This document shows positions 1-9,976 of a stretch of DNA of 64,000 nucleotides, one piece after another (positions within the stretch are counted from its first letter, which is position 1; each line of letters begins with the position of its first letter). The stretch lies in the IMG/VR virus record IMGVR_UViG_3300042988_001200. The stretch is one strand, 5' to 3'. The stretch comes from a virus. Lineage: Duplodnaviria > Caudoviricetes. Made by a program: the position numbers and the translations under genes. A model generated the notes under the pieces. That model worked only from the letters and a program-made list of their open reading frames with translations, was not told where the DNA came from and ran no database searches.

Positions 1-1002
1 GGATAGAAAATTATCAATAGAATCCTCTGCTTTGATAGGATATACCCCTTGAACAACACAGTCACATACTACTATATGCAGAGAGCATTTGCAATCTAGT
101 TGAATCTTTTTAATATGTCCTAGAGCTTCTCTAATAGAGATATCAGACATAGACCCACTAGAATCTATTATTACTACTAGATTCTTAATAGAGGGGGATG
201 GTTGTTTACCTGGTAGAACAAAGTTATAACTAGAGTTCCTTCTATTAGGTTTATTCCAAGTAGTAATTTTATCATCTCCCAACTTAGGAACTACAAAGTT
301 GATTAGATGTTTATACCAAGGTTCCTTGGGTGTAGGGATGTTATTGGATAGAATACAATGTAGACTACCAGGAGTTTTACCAGCCACCCTATTCTTAAGA
401 GAGTTGGTTATAAATGCTAGGTTTATAGAATCTATAGCCTCTTCATCTTCTATAAACTCTAAGTCATTAGGTAAAAAGTAATCAACATCCCCCATAGAAT
501 TTAATAGCTCTATTATGGGTTTACTAAGATTACTTTTAATAAGATGAAATAACCTCTCAAAGTTAAATTGAGAAGCTAGCTCCTCTCTATTTAGTAGGTT
601 TAGAATATCTTTAATAGTAGGAGTTTTCTTATCATTTGGTAATTGAAAGAATTCCTGTCTATATATAAAGCCAGAAGTAGAGAACTCTAGTACACAAGAG
701 TTAGATATTGCATGAGAAGCTAATAGAGCTATTTCTTTATCTATAGGTTCATTGATTAATTTAAACCCTCTAGAACTATGGTTAAATAAAATCTGGAAGA
801 GCTCTCTTAAAATAACGGAGCCAATATCCTTAATATTATTAGTTATAAGCGTTTCTCTTTGGATATAGAGATTCTTACCTATTACCTTAGTAGGTCCCTC
901 TTGAATCTCTATATTAATAAAAGCTATGAGTTCTACTAATTCTTCTACGTTTGATAGTTCTAGTAGAACTCTACTTAAATTAATCTCCTCTATATTCTTC
1001 AT
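1..1002 (-). CDS. DUF2201-type metallopeptidase-like/VWA domain protein, running off the window start; not in ORF track
   Basis: Manually translated open frame from ATG 1002 to base 1: MKNIEEINLS...TWNKPNRR...LVVIIDSSGSMSD (VWA MIDAS DxSxS); directly downstream of a MoxR-type AAA gene. Confidence 0.85.
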   Translation of the reverse strand, partial: MKNIEEINLSRVLLELSNVEELVELIAFINIEIQEGPTKVIGKNLYIQRETLITNNIKDIGSVILRELFQILFNHSSRGFKLINEPIDKEIALLASHAISNSCVLEFSTSGFIYRQEFFQLPNDKKTPTIKDILNLLNREELASQFNFERLFHLIKSNLSKPIIELLNSMGDVDYFLPNDLEFIEDEEAIDSINLAFITNSLKNRVAGKTPGSLHCILSNNIPTPKEPWYKHLINFVVPKLGDDKITTWNKPNRRNSSYNFVLPGKQPSPSIKNLVVIIDSSGSMSDISIREALGHIKKIQLDCKCSLHIVVCDCVVQGVYPIKAEDSIDNFLS

Positions 1003-1031
1003 ATTTATAATCCTTTTGTAAGATAATGAAG

Positions 1032-1049
1032 CCCCCTTATATAAGGGGG
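1032..1049. terminator. Perfect 18-bp palindrome/hairpin between AAA and VWA genes
   Basis: CCCCCTTATATAAGGGGG. Confidence 0.55.
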
Positions 1050-1057
1050 ATTAGACT

Positions 1058-2461
1058 TTATTGATTTAGGTTTAATAAGGAACCTTTGTTATTAACTACA
1101 TCCTTAGCCCTTTTTCCAATAGGACTATTATAGAATTCTAATAGTTTCTTATTAACCTCTTTAGAAGTAGGGTCTACTAGATTAAATTTAGTAGCAACTA
1201 GTCTAATATAAAGAACTGTATACTTAGACCCTACTTCAATAGCTCTAGGATGTAAATCTTTATTACCTTCTAGACCCTGTTCAAAACAAATGATTGGTAC
1301 AAGTAGAGCCTTAGTAAGAATCTCCTGAGTATCAATTATAGCTTGAATTCTATAAAAGAGACTGTAAAGAGTTCCTAAATCTTTAATATTACTTAATAGT
1401 TTAAGAACCTTCTTCTCATCTCCACATAAGAACTCTTCTAATGGAGGGAGTTTACAAATCTTAGTTATATGAGAACTAAACATTTGAGTAGTAAAAGTAC
1501 CTAATCTACCTTCTACACTCTTAAAACACTTCTCAATATCTCCATTACAGTGAGTGATTAACTGACTAACCTTCTCCCAGCTTCTAGGGGTTGGGAAACA
1601 ATTAGATTCACGAGTATCAAAGGGATAACCCTCTTCTTTACCATGAATATGATTAGGGTTAGCCATTAAGAAACTAATAACTGTATCATGCCAATTATGC
1701 TCTGTAGCATAATCAATGACACTAGAGGTTCTACATTCTAGACTAAAATGAGTGACCCTATCTTTAATAGCAGCACTATTCTGATGAGTATTAGGGACAT
1801 CATGCTCTACTAAGTTAGCTGCTGCCCACACTACCCATCCTGGTTTAAGCTCATATTCACCAATTCTACGTTCTTGTAATAACTGTTGAATAGCTGCTTG
1901 AGTATCATAAGTAGCATTAAACAACTCATCAAAGAATAGAATACCCTCCTCTTTATCTAGGTTTAGTAGGTTTCTAATAGATTTATTAGTGTTTAATTCT
2001 AACCAAACACCTAAATCTAATTCCTTAATATTAGTAAGAAGTGTGTTAATAACTGTAGAAGAGCCTTCTTTTAATACTTGTAAAGGTTCAATCTGTTCAA
2101 TTGATTGAAGTAAAAGTTCCTTTATTGGAGTGTTAGTAACCTTATTAGCTAACTCAATAATGAACTTTTTACAGTTGGATAAAGCTAGAGATTTGTTCTC
2201 TTGAAGGGGTAGGGAGTTAGGAGGACACCATTCTACAGCTCCATCTTTAATAGTAGGAATGCCTCTAAGGTCTAGAGCATCTACCTGAGAGAGAATGAAT
2301 ACTTGTAAAGATATGCCCTTAGATAATGCAAAATCACTAATAATAGTAGTTTTACCAATACCAACTGGACCAGTAATTAAGATAGTTTCCTTTAATTGCC
2401 ATAACAATTCTAGTTGTTTCTTTAGCTCTTCAACACTGATTTTAGTGATATTGTTATCCAT
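1058..2461 (-). CDS. MoxR-like AAA+ ATPase
   Basis: Walker A GPVGIGKT, Walker B ILFFDE, LLQERRIG, AAAN, PTPRSW; paired with VWA gene. Confidence 0.85.
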   Translation of the reverse strand: MDNNITKISVEELKKQLELLWQLKETILITGPVGIGKTTIISDFALSKGISLQVFILSQVDALDLRGIPTIKDGAVEWCPPNSLPLQENKSLALSNCKKFIIELANKVTNTPIKELLLQSIEQIEPLQVLKEGSSTVINTLLTNIKELDLGVWLELNTNKSIRNLLNLDKEEGILFFDELFNATYDTQAAIQQLLQERRIGEYELKPGWVVWAAANLVEHDVPNTHQNSAAIKDRVTHFSLECRTSSVIDYATEHNWHDTVISFLMANPNHIHGKEEGYPFDTRESNCFPTPRSWEKVSQLITHCNGDIEKCFKSVEGRLGTFTTQMFSSHITKICKLPPLEEFLCGDEKKVLKLLSNIKDLGTLYSLFYRIQAIIDTQEILTKALLVPIICFEQGLEGNKDLHPRAIEVGSKYTVLYIRLVATKFNLVDPTSKEVNKKLLEFYNSPIGKRAKDVVNNKGSLLNLNQ

Positions 2462-2515
2462 TTTTAACCTTCTTTATTACAACTTGTTTGCCTTTAACCC
2501 TAGCCAAACCCCCGT

Positions 2516-2555
2516 TAAAGCTCTAGGTATGTAAGAATATATACCTAGAGCTTTA
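2516..2555. terminator. 15-bp stem hairpin downstream of nrdJ
   Basis: TAAAGCTCTAGGTAT-10nt-ATACCTAGAGCTTTA. Confidence 0.7.
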
Positions 2556-2560
2556 GTTAT

Positions 2561-4888
2561 TTAACGAATGGGGCAACCTGATTTACAAGTATCATCAACT
2601 ACATCATCATTAGATACTCCATTAAGGATAAGTTCATGTTTATTAAGAATATCATAATCTACTAGAAATAGTATAGACTCTGATTCATTAGAACCCTTAA
2701 CCTCTTTACAATAAGAGGGGATTTTACTAAGTAAAGATTCATAATCTTCTTTAGAACACTCTTCAAAAGGTAGAGTAGGGGTACTTACATAATAGGATAG
2801 GAAAGAAGCATTAGTAAATCCATTAGACCAATTAGACTCTAACCAATTAAGAACTCTTAACCACTCAGTATCATCCTTTACAGTAATAGTACAACTAGGT
2901 AAATGCTCAACATACTCCTTAGTAAAAGCTAATAGATTATCTAATTGTTTAATAGCAGATACATCAAAACTACTTATATTAGTAGGAGCTTTAATAGGAA
3001 ATGTAAATAACCAACTATCAACTTTACTTAATATTTCATCCTTTAAACCTTTATCTAATTGGTTATAACTATCTAGTATCTCTTTAATATCGTTAGTTTC
3101 TTTATCTAGATATTCATTTATAAGTTTACATGTATGGGAGTAAGGATAAGGTACTACTGGATATCCCATATCCTTTAAAGTAAGGGATAATGCGTTCTTA
3201 GCTCCCATCTGTACTCTTCTATAGTAATAGGGAGACCAGGACCAATGTAACCCAGCGGATGAACCAAATATAAGAGAAGTAGTACCTTCTGGTTTAATAC
3301 AAGTAGTGGCTATAGGTCTATCAATCTTTAATATATCTGCATAAATATTAGCCTCCTCTCTTACCCATTCATATATCTTTTTCCTAATATCTTTTGCTTC
3401 CTCTGATAATGTATCTATATCTAATAAATACATAGCATCTTGCCAACCTGTTAGAGATACCCCTAATAATCTTTCATCTTGTTGAATAGAGTCCCAGTCT
3501 TCCCAAGGTATAGATACTAGAGTTTGTCTTACACTAGCTCTAGTAATAATTCTGGTAGATTGTTCTAGTTCTCTTAGATTAAGGGTTCCATTATAGATAT
3601 GATTAGGAATATTAATAGAAGATAGATTACATAGACCTCCTCCTTTAGAAGGAGTTAGGATACCTTTAGTAGTATTAATAATATCTTCATTACTCTTATG
3701 TCCTATAGATAGAATAATCTCATGGCAAGGATTGGTTCCACAATCTAAATATTTAAGACAATCTTTAGCTGGTCTAACCTTTCTAGCTGACTCATATCTC
3801 TTCCAACACATTAATAGATAATTATTAAACCCCGGTTCTCCAGCTTTCTTTAACGTATCTAATCTCTTTTCTAGTTCTGAATAAGAGGGTTTATACTTAT
3901 CAATTAAGGGTTTAACCTCTAAATAAGTAGCATTTGGCTTGTTATATAGATACAGAACTAGTTCATTCCAACCCTTAGAACCTATACATTCTGTATTATT
4001 ACTTTGAAACCTATAGCTTTTATTGGTAATAAAAGAGCCAATATCCTCTTTAGCTTTAGCACAAAGAATGTCTCCTTCTTCAAATAAACATATTAAAGCA
4101 GCTCTTCTAGTCCCACCTACAGCTATCTGAACTGCTATACAACAGCTAATATCCATACAATCAATGGACCTTAGTTGTTTATTTGGACACTCTTTAATAA
4201 TTAAATCTATATCTTTAATAGTTTTGATAAGAGCTTCAGGGCCAGATGCAGTACCCCCAAATGTCTTTAAGGGTTCTCCCCAAGGTCTAACATTATCTAT
4301 ATTAATACTAATAGACTTTCTTATACCACTATGAAGCTCTTCTAGAACATATAGAGTACAAGTAGTCCAACCTTCTTTAGAGTCCCCTACTACTAGTTCA
4401 TCTCCATCCCAGTATGTATGTTCTTTCCTATTAACTTTAGATATAGGCTGATATTCTTTAAAGGAGATAGATAAATCTTTATTTTTAATAAAAGGTAATT
4501 GAGATATATCTCTATCAAAGACTCTAAACCCTACACCAGCACCTAGCATAAGGTTAAACATAAGGTTAGAGAATTTATCTAGAGAATCTATAGCTAAACA
4601 TGAACAGTTATAAGCACATATAGGATTATAATCAATTGTTTTACTACCAGCAGCCCATCTAGCTCTATTACTAGTAGATACCTGTAGATTAGATAGTTTA
4701 TCTAGAAGAAGGTTATACTCCCTATCTAAATGCTCCTTATTAATATAATCCTTGGCTAAATCAATATTATATCTAGTAACCCTCTCTAAGGATTCATAAC
4801 CAGTCTCTCTAGTTCCATCAGACTTTAACCTTCTATAAGTTCTACAATCAATAACTTCACCTAGTCTTGTATAATTAACTTCTTTCAT
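2561..4888 (-). CDS. nrdJ: Class II (adenosylcobalamin-dependent) ribonucleotide reductase, monomeric RTPR type
   Basis: YNCS, GAGVGF, GGTASGP, RRAALI, TNPCHEI, TCIKPEGTTS, C-terminal Cys pair CKSGC. Confidence 0.93.
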   Translation of the reverse strand: MKEVNYTRLGEVIDCRTYRRLKSDGTRETGYESLERVTRYNIDLAKDYINKEHLDREYNLLLDKLSNLQVSTSNRARWAAGSKTIDYNPICAYNCSCLAIDSLDKFSNLMFNLMLGAGVGFRVFDRDISQLPFIKNKDLSISFKEYQPISKVNRKEHTYWDGDELVVGDSKEGWTTCTLYVLEELHSGIRKSISINIDNVRPWGEPLKTFGGTASGPEALIKTIKDIDLIIKECPNKQLRSIDCMDISCCIAVQIAVGGTRRAALICLFEEGDILCAKAKEDIGSFITNKSYRFQSNNTECIGSKGWNELVLYLYNKPNATYLEVKPLIDKYKPSYSELEKRLDTLKKAGEPGFNNYLLMCWKRYESARKVRPAKDCLKYLDCGTNPCHEIILSIGHKSNEDIINTTKGILTPSKGGGLCNLSSINIPNHIYNGTLNLRELEQSTRIITRASVRQTLVSIPWEDWDSIQQDERLLGVSLTGWQDAMYLLDIDTLSEEAKDIRKKIYEWVREEANIYADILKIDRPIATTCIKPEGTTSLIFGSSAGLHWSWSPYYYRRVQMGAKNALSLTLKDMGYPVVPYPYSHTCKLINEYLDKETNDIKEILDSYNQLDKGLKDEILSKVDSWLFTFPIKAPTNISSFDVSAIKQLDNLLAFTKEYVEHLPSCTITVKDDTEWLRVLNWLESNWSNGFTNASFLSYYVSTPTLPFEECSKEDYESLLSKIPSYCKEVKGSNESESILFLVDYDILNKHELILNGVSNDDVVDDTCKSGCPIR

Positions 4889-4907
4889 ATTTATCTATTT
4901 ATTTATA

Positions 4908-5234
4908 TCAACATTGACAATCTACTGGAGGGTAATAACTAAAATCACATATTCTAGTTACCTTATTACTACACTCAATTATACTGTTTACTTTATCTTC
5001 TATACCCGTCTTTATATCATTTATTATTGAGTTAATAAGAATTAACTTCTCTCCACTAGTTAATTCACTGGGAAAGGGTATACATATCTCTTTCTCTATA
5101 GATAAATAAACTTTTATAACCTCATATGATGGATAATCATCTAACTTATGTCGGCACTTAAGTTCTTTATATATAGCAGATTCAAGAGTTATACCCTCTG
5201 GTTTGGTGATAGAACAAGGATTATTACAAGACAT
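4908..5234 (-). CDS. Hypothetical protein with Cys-rich termini
   Basis: 108-aa ORF, ATG start, fits operon. Confidence 0.6.
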   Translation of the reverse strand: MSCNNPCSITKPEGITLESAIYKELKCRHKLDDYPSYEVIKVYLSIEKEICIPFPSELTSGEKLILINSIINDIKTGIEDKVNSIIECSNKVTRICDFSYYPPVDCQC

Positions 5235-5302
5235 AATTAATATAAATAATAGATATATCTAATAGATAGACTAAAAGATATATCTATTATTTATATTAAT
5301 TA
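5234..5302. repeat. Perfect 27-bp inverted repeat with 15-nt spacer
   Basis: TAATTAATATAAATAATAGATATATCT (5234-5260) and its exact reverse complement (5276-5302). Confidence 0.9.
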
Positions 5303-5773
5303 ACGGAGGAAAGTAGTTAATGGAGTAATAACATCCATATCTGAAAGGTAAGTATTACTATTCAAATAAGTAATATTACTATCTTGTTTCTTTATGAGGA
5401 AAAGGTTAAACTCATTAATTAAAGGAAGAAGATGTTTATTCCAAGAATTAAGAGCTAACATAATAACTCCTTTAGAATCTAAAGTAAGAATAGCTCTAGA
5501 AGATTTGTCTGTTTTAATACTATAGGCTCTACCTTCAAAGTCATATCTTTTTGTAGTTATAATCATTGTTCTAACTGCATATTTATGATTAAATCTAAAG
5601 AAATCTGTCAAATCCCTTGTTGAATATAAACGTTCAGGGACTGGACTATCGTTATTTCTACTAGATGGAGAGATAAAAGGTAGTTTAGGAAAAGCCTTTT
5701 TAATTAATTCATGGGCTTCTTCATTACTAATATCATTGATTAGATTCTGACGCAGTGTATACTTTAATTCCAT
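5300..5773 (-). CDS. Rha-like phage regulatory/DNA-binding protein
   Basis: YSTRDLTDFFRFNHKYAVR resembles the Rha N-terminal S-x-x-vA-x-F-x-K-x-H-x-x-v-R pattern. Confidence 0.45.
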   Translation of the reverse strand: MELKYTLRQNLINDISNEEAHELIKKAFPKLPFISPSSRNNDSPVPERLYSTRDLTDFFRFNHKYAVRTMIITTKRYDFEGRAYSIKTDKSSRAILTLDSKGVIMLALNSWNKHLLPLINEFNLFLIKKQDSNITYLNSNTYLSDMDVITPLTTFLR

Positions 5774-5801
5774 GATTAACCTCTTTGATTAGAAAAAACA
5801 A

Positions 5802-5827
5802 AGCTCTTAGATTTATATCTAAGAGCT
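5802..5827 (-). terminator. Intrinsic terminator
   Basis: 11-bp stem AGCTCTTAGAT/ATCTAAGAGCT followed by TTGTTTTTT on the minus strand. Confidence 0.75.
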
Positions 5828-6320
5828 ATAACTGTAAGTTAAGACTATTTGGATGAATAGTTATAAAAGGAGAGAACTCTTCATATATCTTTTTACTCCT
5901 CCATTTTGCCTCCTTTGGTAATTGATTAACATACTCTAAATAAAGATTGTTAAATATAGATTCTATATCTAAGTAGTTAACATTAGGTATTAGTTTAATA
6001 AGATTATTGGCTTTAGGGCTTATTCCTTTATCTTTAGGGGATGTAAATATAAAATAGATTTCTTTATTAAAGAACTTTTTGGCTAATTCAATATAATTTT
6101 TATCTCCTAAAGTAATAGATACTGTTTCTAAATCAATAGTATTCTTCTTTATTTCTATTACTAATACATAATTATTAAATATTTGAATAACATCAAATCT
6201 TCTAGATTTATTAACCTCTTCTATATTGGGTACAGAGAATTCTTGTATTAGTTTTATCCCTTTTATATGTGAACTTAGAAGAATGAGTTTGTTCTGTATC
6301 TGCTTTTCATTGAATTCCAT
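5826..6320 (-). CDS. PD-(D/E)xK nuclease-fold protein
   Basis: RFDVI...VIEIKK catalytic-like D...ExK. Confidence 0.55.
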   Translation of the reverse strand: MEFNEKQIQNKLILLSSHIKGIKLIQEFSVPNIEEVNKSRRFDVIQIFNNYVLVIEIKKNTIDLETVSITLGDKNYIELAKKFFNKEIYFIFTSPKDKGISPKANNLIKLIPNVNYLDIESIFNNLYLEYVNQLPKEAKWRSKKIYEEFSPFITIHPNSLNLQL

Positions 6321-6858
6321 AAGAGTAGATAAATTCTCTTACTAGGTTTTTGATATTATGCTTCTCTTCTTCTAATAGAATCTCGGGCTTATTTATAAGA
6401 GAATAACTTAGGTTACAGTTATCTACCTCTCTTTTATATAAACAATTATTTATATCTACATAACTTAATTCACTATTAAAATTGTCATAAAAACAATTGA
6501 ACTCCTTATTTTCTCTAAATAAACTAAGGAGATAATTTAACATTTCTTTATATAAAGACTGATCTATTATCCATCTAGAAGGAAACCTATCATAAGTAAA
6601 GTATAAATGAATAAGTAAAAACATCACAGCTTGGTCATTATATTCTACTAGATATAAAACTGGAGTATAACAATAGCTATATAACGTATGAATTACTACC
6701 TTATTTTGTTGGTTATAAGCATTAATAGACTCTTTATTAAGAGGGAATATAGAGATTTCTGGAAGATAGACTTCTCTATCCTTTCTTAGAATAGAGAAGT
6801 CTAAGGTGGAACTCTCTACATTTAATTCAATTAAATTAAGGAGTTCTGATACTAGCAT
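6307..6858 (-). CDS. Hypothetical protein
   Basis: 183-aa ORF overlapping neighbours. Confidence 0.65.
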   Translation of the reverse strand: MLVSELLNLIELNVESSTLDFSILRKDREVYLPEISIFPLNKESINAYNQQNKVVIHTLYSYCYTPVLYLVEYNDQAVMFLLIHLYFTYDRFPSRWIIDQSLYKEMLNYLLSLFRENKEFNCFYDNFNSELSYVDINNCLYKREVDNCNLSYSLINKPEILLEEEKHNIKNLVREFIYSYGIQ

Positions 6859-7175
6859 TTATTATTTATGGTTGTTTTTGTTATATAACCAAGGGCTTCT
6901 ATCTCTAAACATATTTCCTTGTACCCTAAAAGCGCTATGGGTTTATCTAATAATGCTATATCCCCTGAGACTAAGGGTTTTATTCTAATAGCATTACTAC
7001 CTTCTAATCTTATACTTTCTTTAATTTCTCCTTCTATATCTAAATAATAAAGGGTAGGTCCCCCACATAAGTATATATGGCTTATATCATTTATGTGGGC
7101 ACATATATTATATAGTTGTGTACTTTCATTAGCACTATACTTAAGTAAATATTTGTATTCCTCTGGTAATGGCAT
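6852..7175 (-). CDS. Hypothetical protein
   Basis: 107-aa ORF. Confidence 0.6.
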   Translation of the reverse strand: MPLPEEYKYLLKYSANESTQLYNICAHINDISHIYLCGGPTLYYLDIEGEIKESIRLEGSNAIRIKPLVSGDIALLDKPIALLGYKEICLEIEALGYITKTTINNKC

Positions 7176-7181
7176 ATAAAT

Positions 7182-7613
7182 CTAAAGAGGTAATTTAATA
7201 ATGTAGTTAGTTATGCTAAGAGGAGTCTCTTTCTTTACAATAATAGAGCTCATCTCAATATCTACTGTTAATTTACCTACTTTTGTTCCTTTAGTACCAG
7301 GACCCCCAACAGCTCCATAAAATACTGGTTGTTGATTCTTATTTAAAATGGCATACTCTTTAACAGTTCCATTATTTATAGCTATAGTAGATAAAGATTG
7401 ATTAGAAGGTATAAGTAAATAAGTCTCTAGTTTTTCATTAGGTCTAGCGAAGGCTGGTGTTGGCAATTTAAAAGAAGCTATTATGGTTCCTCCATCTATA
7501 CCTCCCACTGAATATAAATTAAGGGTAGGGTAATTAATTAAAGAACCTTCCTCTACTTTCCTTGTTAAATAAATTAAATAGTCTGTAAGTATATTTACTG
7601 GTATAGAACTCAT
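7182..7613 (-). CDS. Putative virion structural protein (beta-rich)
   Basis: LPTPAF...GTV..YAI...VFYGAVG...G.L pattern recalls small phage tail/baseplate proteins. Confidence 0.4.
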   Translation of the reverse strand: MSSIPVNILTDYLIYLTRKVEEGSLINYPTLNLYSVGGIDGGTIIASFKLPTPAFARPNEKLETYLLIPSNQSLSTIAINNGTVKEYAILNKNQQPVFYGAVGGPGTKGTKVGKLTVDIEMSSIIVKKETPLSITNYIIKLPL

Positions 7614-7644
7614 TATAATGTTATAAGTATTTATAACATTATAT

Positions 7645-8271
7645 TTAGAATTTAAGGAGAGTAGTGTAACCTTTCCAATGAATTTCCTTCTTAGTATTCT
7701 CCTTTCTTAATAACCAAAAGAATAAGGTAGATATTCTATTTATTAGACTCTTTAAGGTTTTATCTTCTATGCTTTCTATAGATAAACACTCATTAAGATA
7801 TAACTCCACAGTTCTAAGACTTATCCTTACTCGGTCTAATCTAGATAACCTCTCACTATTAAACATAAGGAAGTCCTGGCAATCCCCTATTTCTGACTTA
7901 AGTTTATATAATAAGGTCTCTACATTCCTTAGACTTTCTTCCTGTAATCTATGTCTATCACTATTACCTTTACATAAGATAAATGCAGATATATTAAAGG
8001 AGTTCTCTCTTAACCAAAATAGAGATTTATATACTTCCTCACTATAGATATAAATACCTATCTTCTCTATTAGATCTTTATACCGATATAAGGATTTATA
8101 CTTATAATCCTTTAGACATAGACTAATATCATTTCTTAAATACTCAAGAGATTGGTCTAATAAAGTCTTAGAATTAATGTTCTTAGTACAGGAGTTATCT
8201 CCTTTACCTTCTTTGTAAGAAGTTACTATTCGAGCTGTAGAAGGTTTAGACATAATATTTAAATCCAACAT
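7645..8271 (-). CDS. PduO-type ATP:cob(I)alamin adenosyltransferase-like protein (divergent)
   Basis: N-terminal GKGD; LDRVRISLRTVE and LINRISTLFFWLLR align to PduO HVARTVCRRAER and YLNRLSDLLFVLAR. Confidence 0.6.
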   Translation of the reverse strand: MLDLNIMSKPSTARIVTSYKEGKGDNSCTKNINSKTLLDQSLEYLRNDISLCLKDYKYKSLYRYKDLIEKIGIYIYSEEVYKSLFWLRENSFNISAFILCKGNSDRHRLQEESLRNVETLLYKLKSEIGDCQDFLMFNSERLSRLDRVRISLRTVELYLNECLSIESIEDKTLKSLINRISTLFFWLLRKENTKKEIHWKGYTTLLKF

Positions 8272-8316
8272 TCTAAATATAAATATAAGGGACTTTTATT
8301 AGTTTAACCATTATTT

Positions 8317-8898
8317 CTAAGGTTTATTACTTAATAATAAACTAATCCTGTCCAACTCTCTATACACTCTATTCATCTTTAATGACTTAAAAACCTCCTC
8401 TAACCTATCTATAAACAAGTACATCTTTAAATCATCCTTCCTTATTGATATATCCTCTTTACTAGATAATGTATAAAAGTTTTTTATAGTTCTAAATCTA
8501 ACTGGTAGAAATAGACCTAGTTCTATATAAGAAGAGATTATAGATTTACTAATATTATTCTCACTAAGAAATAGTTCTATAGTTATAGTATCTATAGAAT
8601 TTCTAGGACTTAGATTGGTAGTAGGTAACTCCTTTATAAGTCTAATAGTAGCAACCACCTCTTTAGGGTTAAGTAAAAAAGATAAATATACAACTACTAA
8701 TTCCTCTATAGCTGTACAACTATATTTATTAAGGTTAAGATAAAGTTCCCAAGGATATAAAGAAGGAGGTAAATAAGACTTCTCATATTTTAAATTTATA
8801 TTTTCATATAGACTCCTTCTATTTATATCTTGACTACTTATATATAAATAGGTGCTATTAATATAATAATTAAAGTAATTAATAATAAAAAATAACAT
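8317..8898 (-). CDS. Hypothetical protein
   Basis: 193-aa ORF; true start may be internal. Confidence 0.55.
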   Translation of the reverse strand: MLFFIINYFNYYINSTYLYISSQDINRRSLYENINLKYEKSYLPPSLYPWELYLNLNKYSCTAIEELVVVYLSFLLNPKEVVATIRLIKELPTTNLSPRNSIDTITIELFLSENNISKSIISSYIELGLFLPVRFRTIKNFYTLSSKEDISIRKDDLKMYLFIDRLEEVFKSLKMNRVYRELDRISLLLSNKP

Positions 8899-9145
8899 GA
8901 GCTGCTGTGGTAAAAGTAAAGTAACTAGAGTCTATAACCCTAGTAGAAATAATCAATATACTCTAGATTTATCTTCTTATAGAACTTATAGTAGTCAAAT
9001 GAGTAGTCCTTTATGTACTAGATGTCAATCTCCTACTATTCATCAAGGTCCTATAATGTATTCCCCTAATGGTGCTCCTAGAGTTAATATTCAGTGTACT
9101 AATCCTCAATGTGGGGCTATAAGAACTATATATGTAACTACTTAG
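8897..9145 (+). CDS. Small zinc-ribbon protein
   Basis: CTRC...CTNPQC, N-terminal CC. Confidence 0.6.
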   Translation: MSCCGKSKVTRVYNPSRNNQYTLDLSSYRTYSSQMSSPLCTRCQSPTIHQGPIMYSPNGAPRVNIQCTNPQCGAIRTIYVTT

Positions 9146-9611
9146 GAAAATCTATATAATCAAAAGATAAACTCCTTCTATAACATTCAACCACTATATT
9201 AGTAATATTAATAAGTAATATATAATAGAAACTTTTATAGAAACTTTTATAGAAGGATAACTTTTTTATTCTTAATAGTTTTTCACTATTTTTATTACTA
9301 ATTAAATCTTTGTATGTAAGACCTAAAGTCTTTTTTATTACATATTCATTTAGAACTGGCGAATTAATTACTTTCTTTATAGTTAATTGCCACTTAGTTG
9401 TATTCATATCAGTGGCAAAGACTTTAATTAACTGTAATAGACTATTGTTTATATGCGTTCTATTTATTTGAAAAGAGGAATTATAATATTTAACTAAGTC
9501 TTTTTTCTTATGAAGATTTTGAATCCATCTAAAGAACATATCCTTTAGTTCAGGTAGTATTCTTAGTTCTATTAATATATCTCTTTTTGGTTTAACAATA
9601 ATAAGATTCAT
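9138..9611 (-). CDS. Hypothetical protein
   Basis: 157-aa ORF. Confidence 0.55.
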   Translation of the reverse strand: MNLIIVKPKRDILIELRILPELKDMFFRWIQNLHKKKDLVKYYNSSFQINRTHINNSLLQLIKVFATDMNTTKWQLTIKKVINSPVLNEYVIKKTLGLTYKDLISNKNSEKLLRIKKLSFYKSFYKSFYYILLINITNIVVECYRRSLSFDYIDFPK

Positions 9612-9976
9612 TTTAATTGATTAAATAGATTATGCTTATATTTATCTTTTATAAAAATTTGATATTGGTTTAACCACTTATCAGGTTCAATAAGAACATC
9701 TTTAGAATCTACTCTAGTATTATGAATAAGGGTAGGCGCTCCATGATTATAAACTAGAATATCTAAGTATGAGATAGATAAAGATTCCAGATGAGTAATT
9801 GGTAACATAGCTTTTAAGGATTCTTCTATATCCTTTTGTCTTATAAAGCCAGTAATCCACCAAGTTTTATCTTTGTATTCTAATTGTTCTCCTATAGATT
9901 TACTATAGTTAAGAAGAAGAAATGATAAAGAATCTTTCTTTATTAAATTAAAAACCATAGAGCATTTAGATTCCAT
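9608..9976 (-). CDS. Hypothetical protein
   Basis: 122-aa ORF, ATGA-type overlap. Confidence 0.6.
   Translation of the reverse strand: MESKCSMVFNLIKKDSLSFLLLNYSKSIGEQLEYKDKTWWITGFIRQKDIEESLKAMLPITHLESLSISYLDILVYNHGAPTLIHNTRVDSKDVLIEPDKWLNQYQIFIKDKYKHNLFNQLK

Noticed and set aside
1960-2200. Insertion in the AAA ATPase as a possible intein
   Set aside because: No N-terminal Cys/Ser block or His-Asn end, and no homing endonuclease motif.
7176-7184. In-frame TAG-ATT-TAT-ATG linking 7182-7613 to 6852-7175 (possible readthrough fusion)
   Set aside because: A one-in-three chance arrangement; several TAA-ended neighbours are also in frame, and no motif spans the junction.
9228-9252. Short tandem duplications (12 nt KSFY x2 here; 15 nt at about 43765-43790)
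   Set aside because: Two-copy, in-frame microduplications are common in AT-rich DNA and imply nothing specific.
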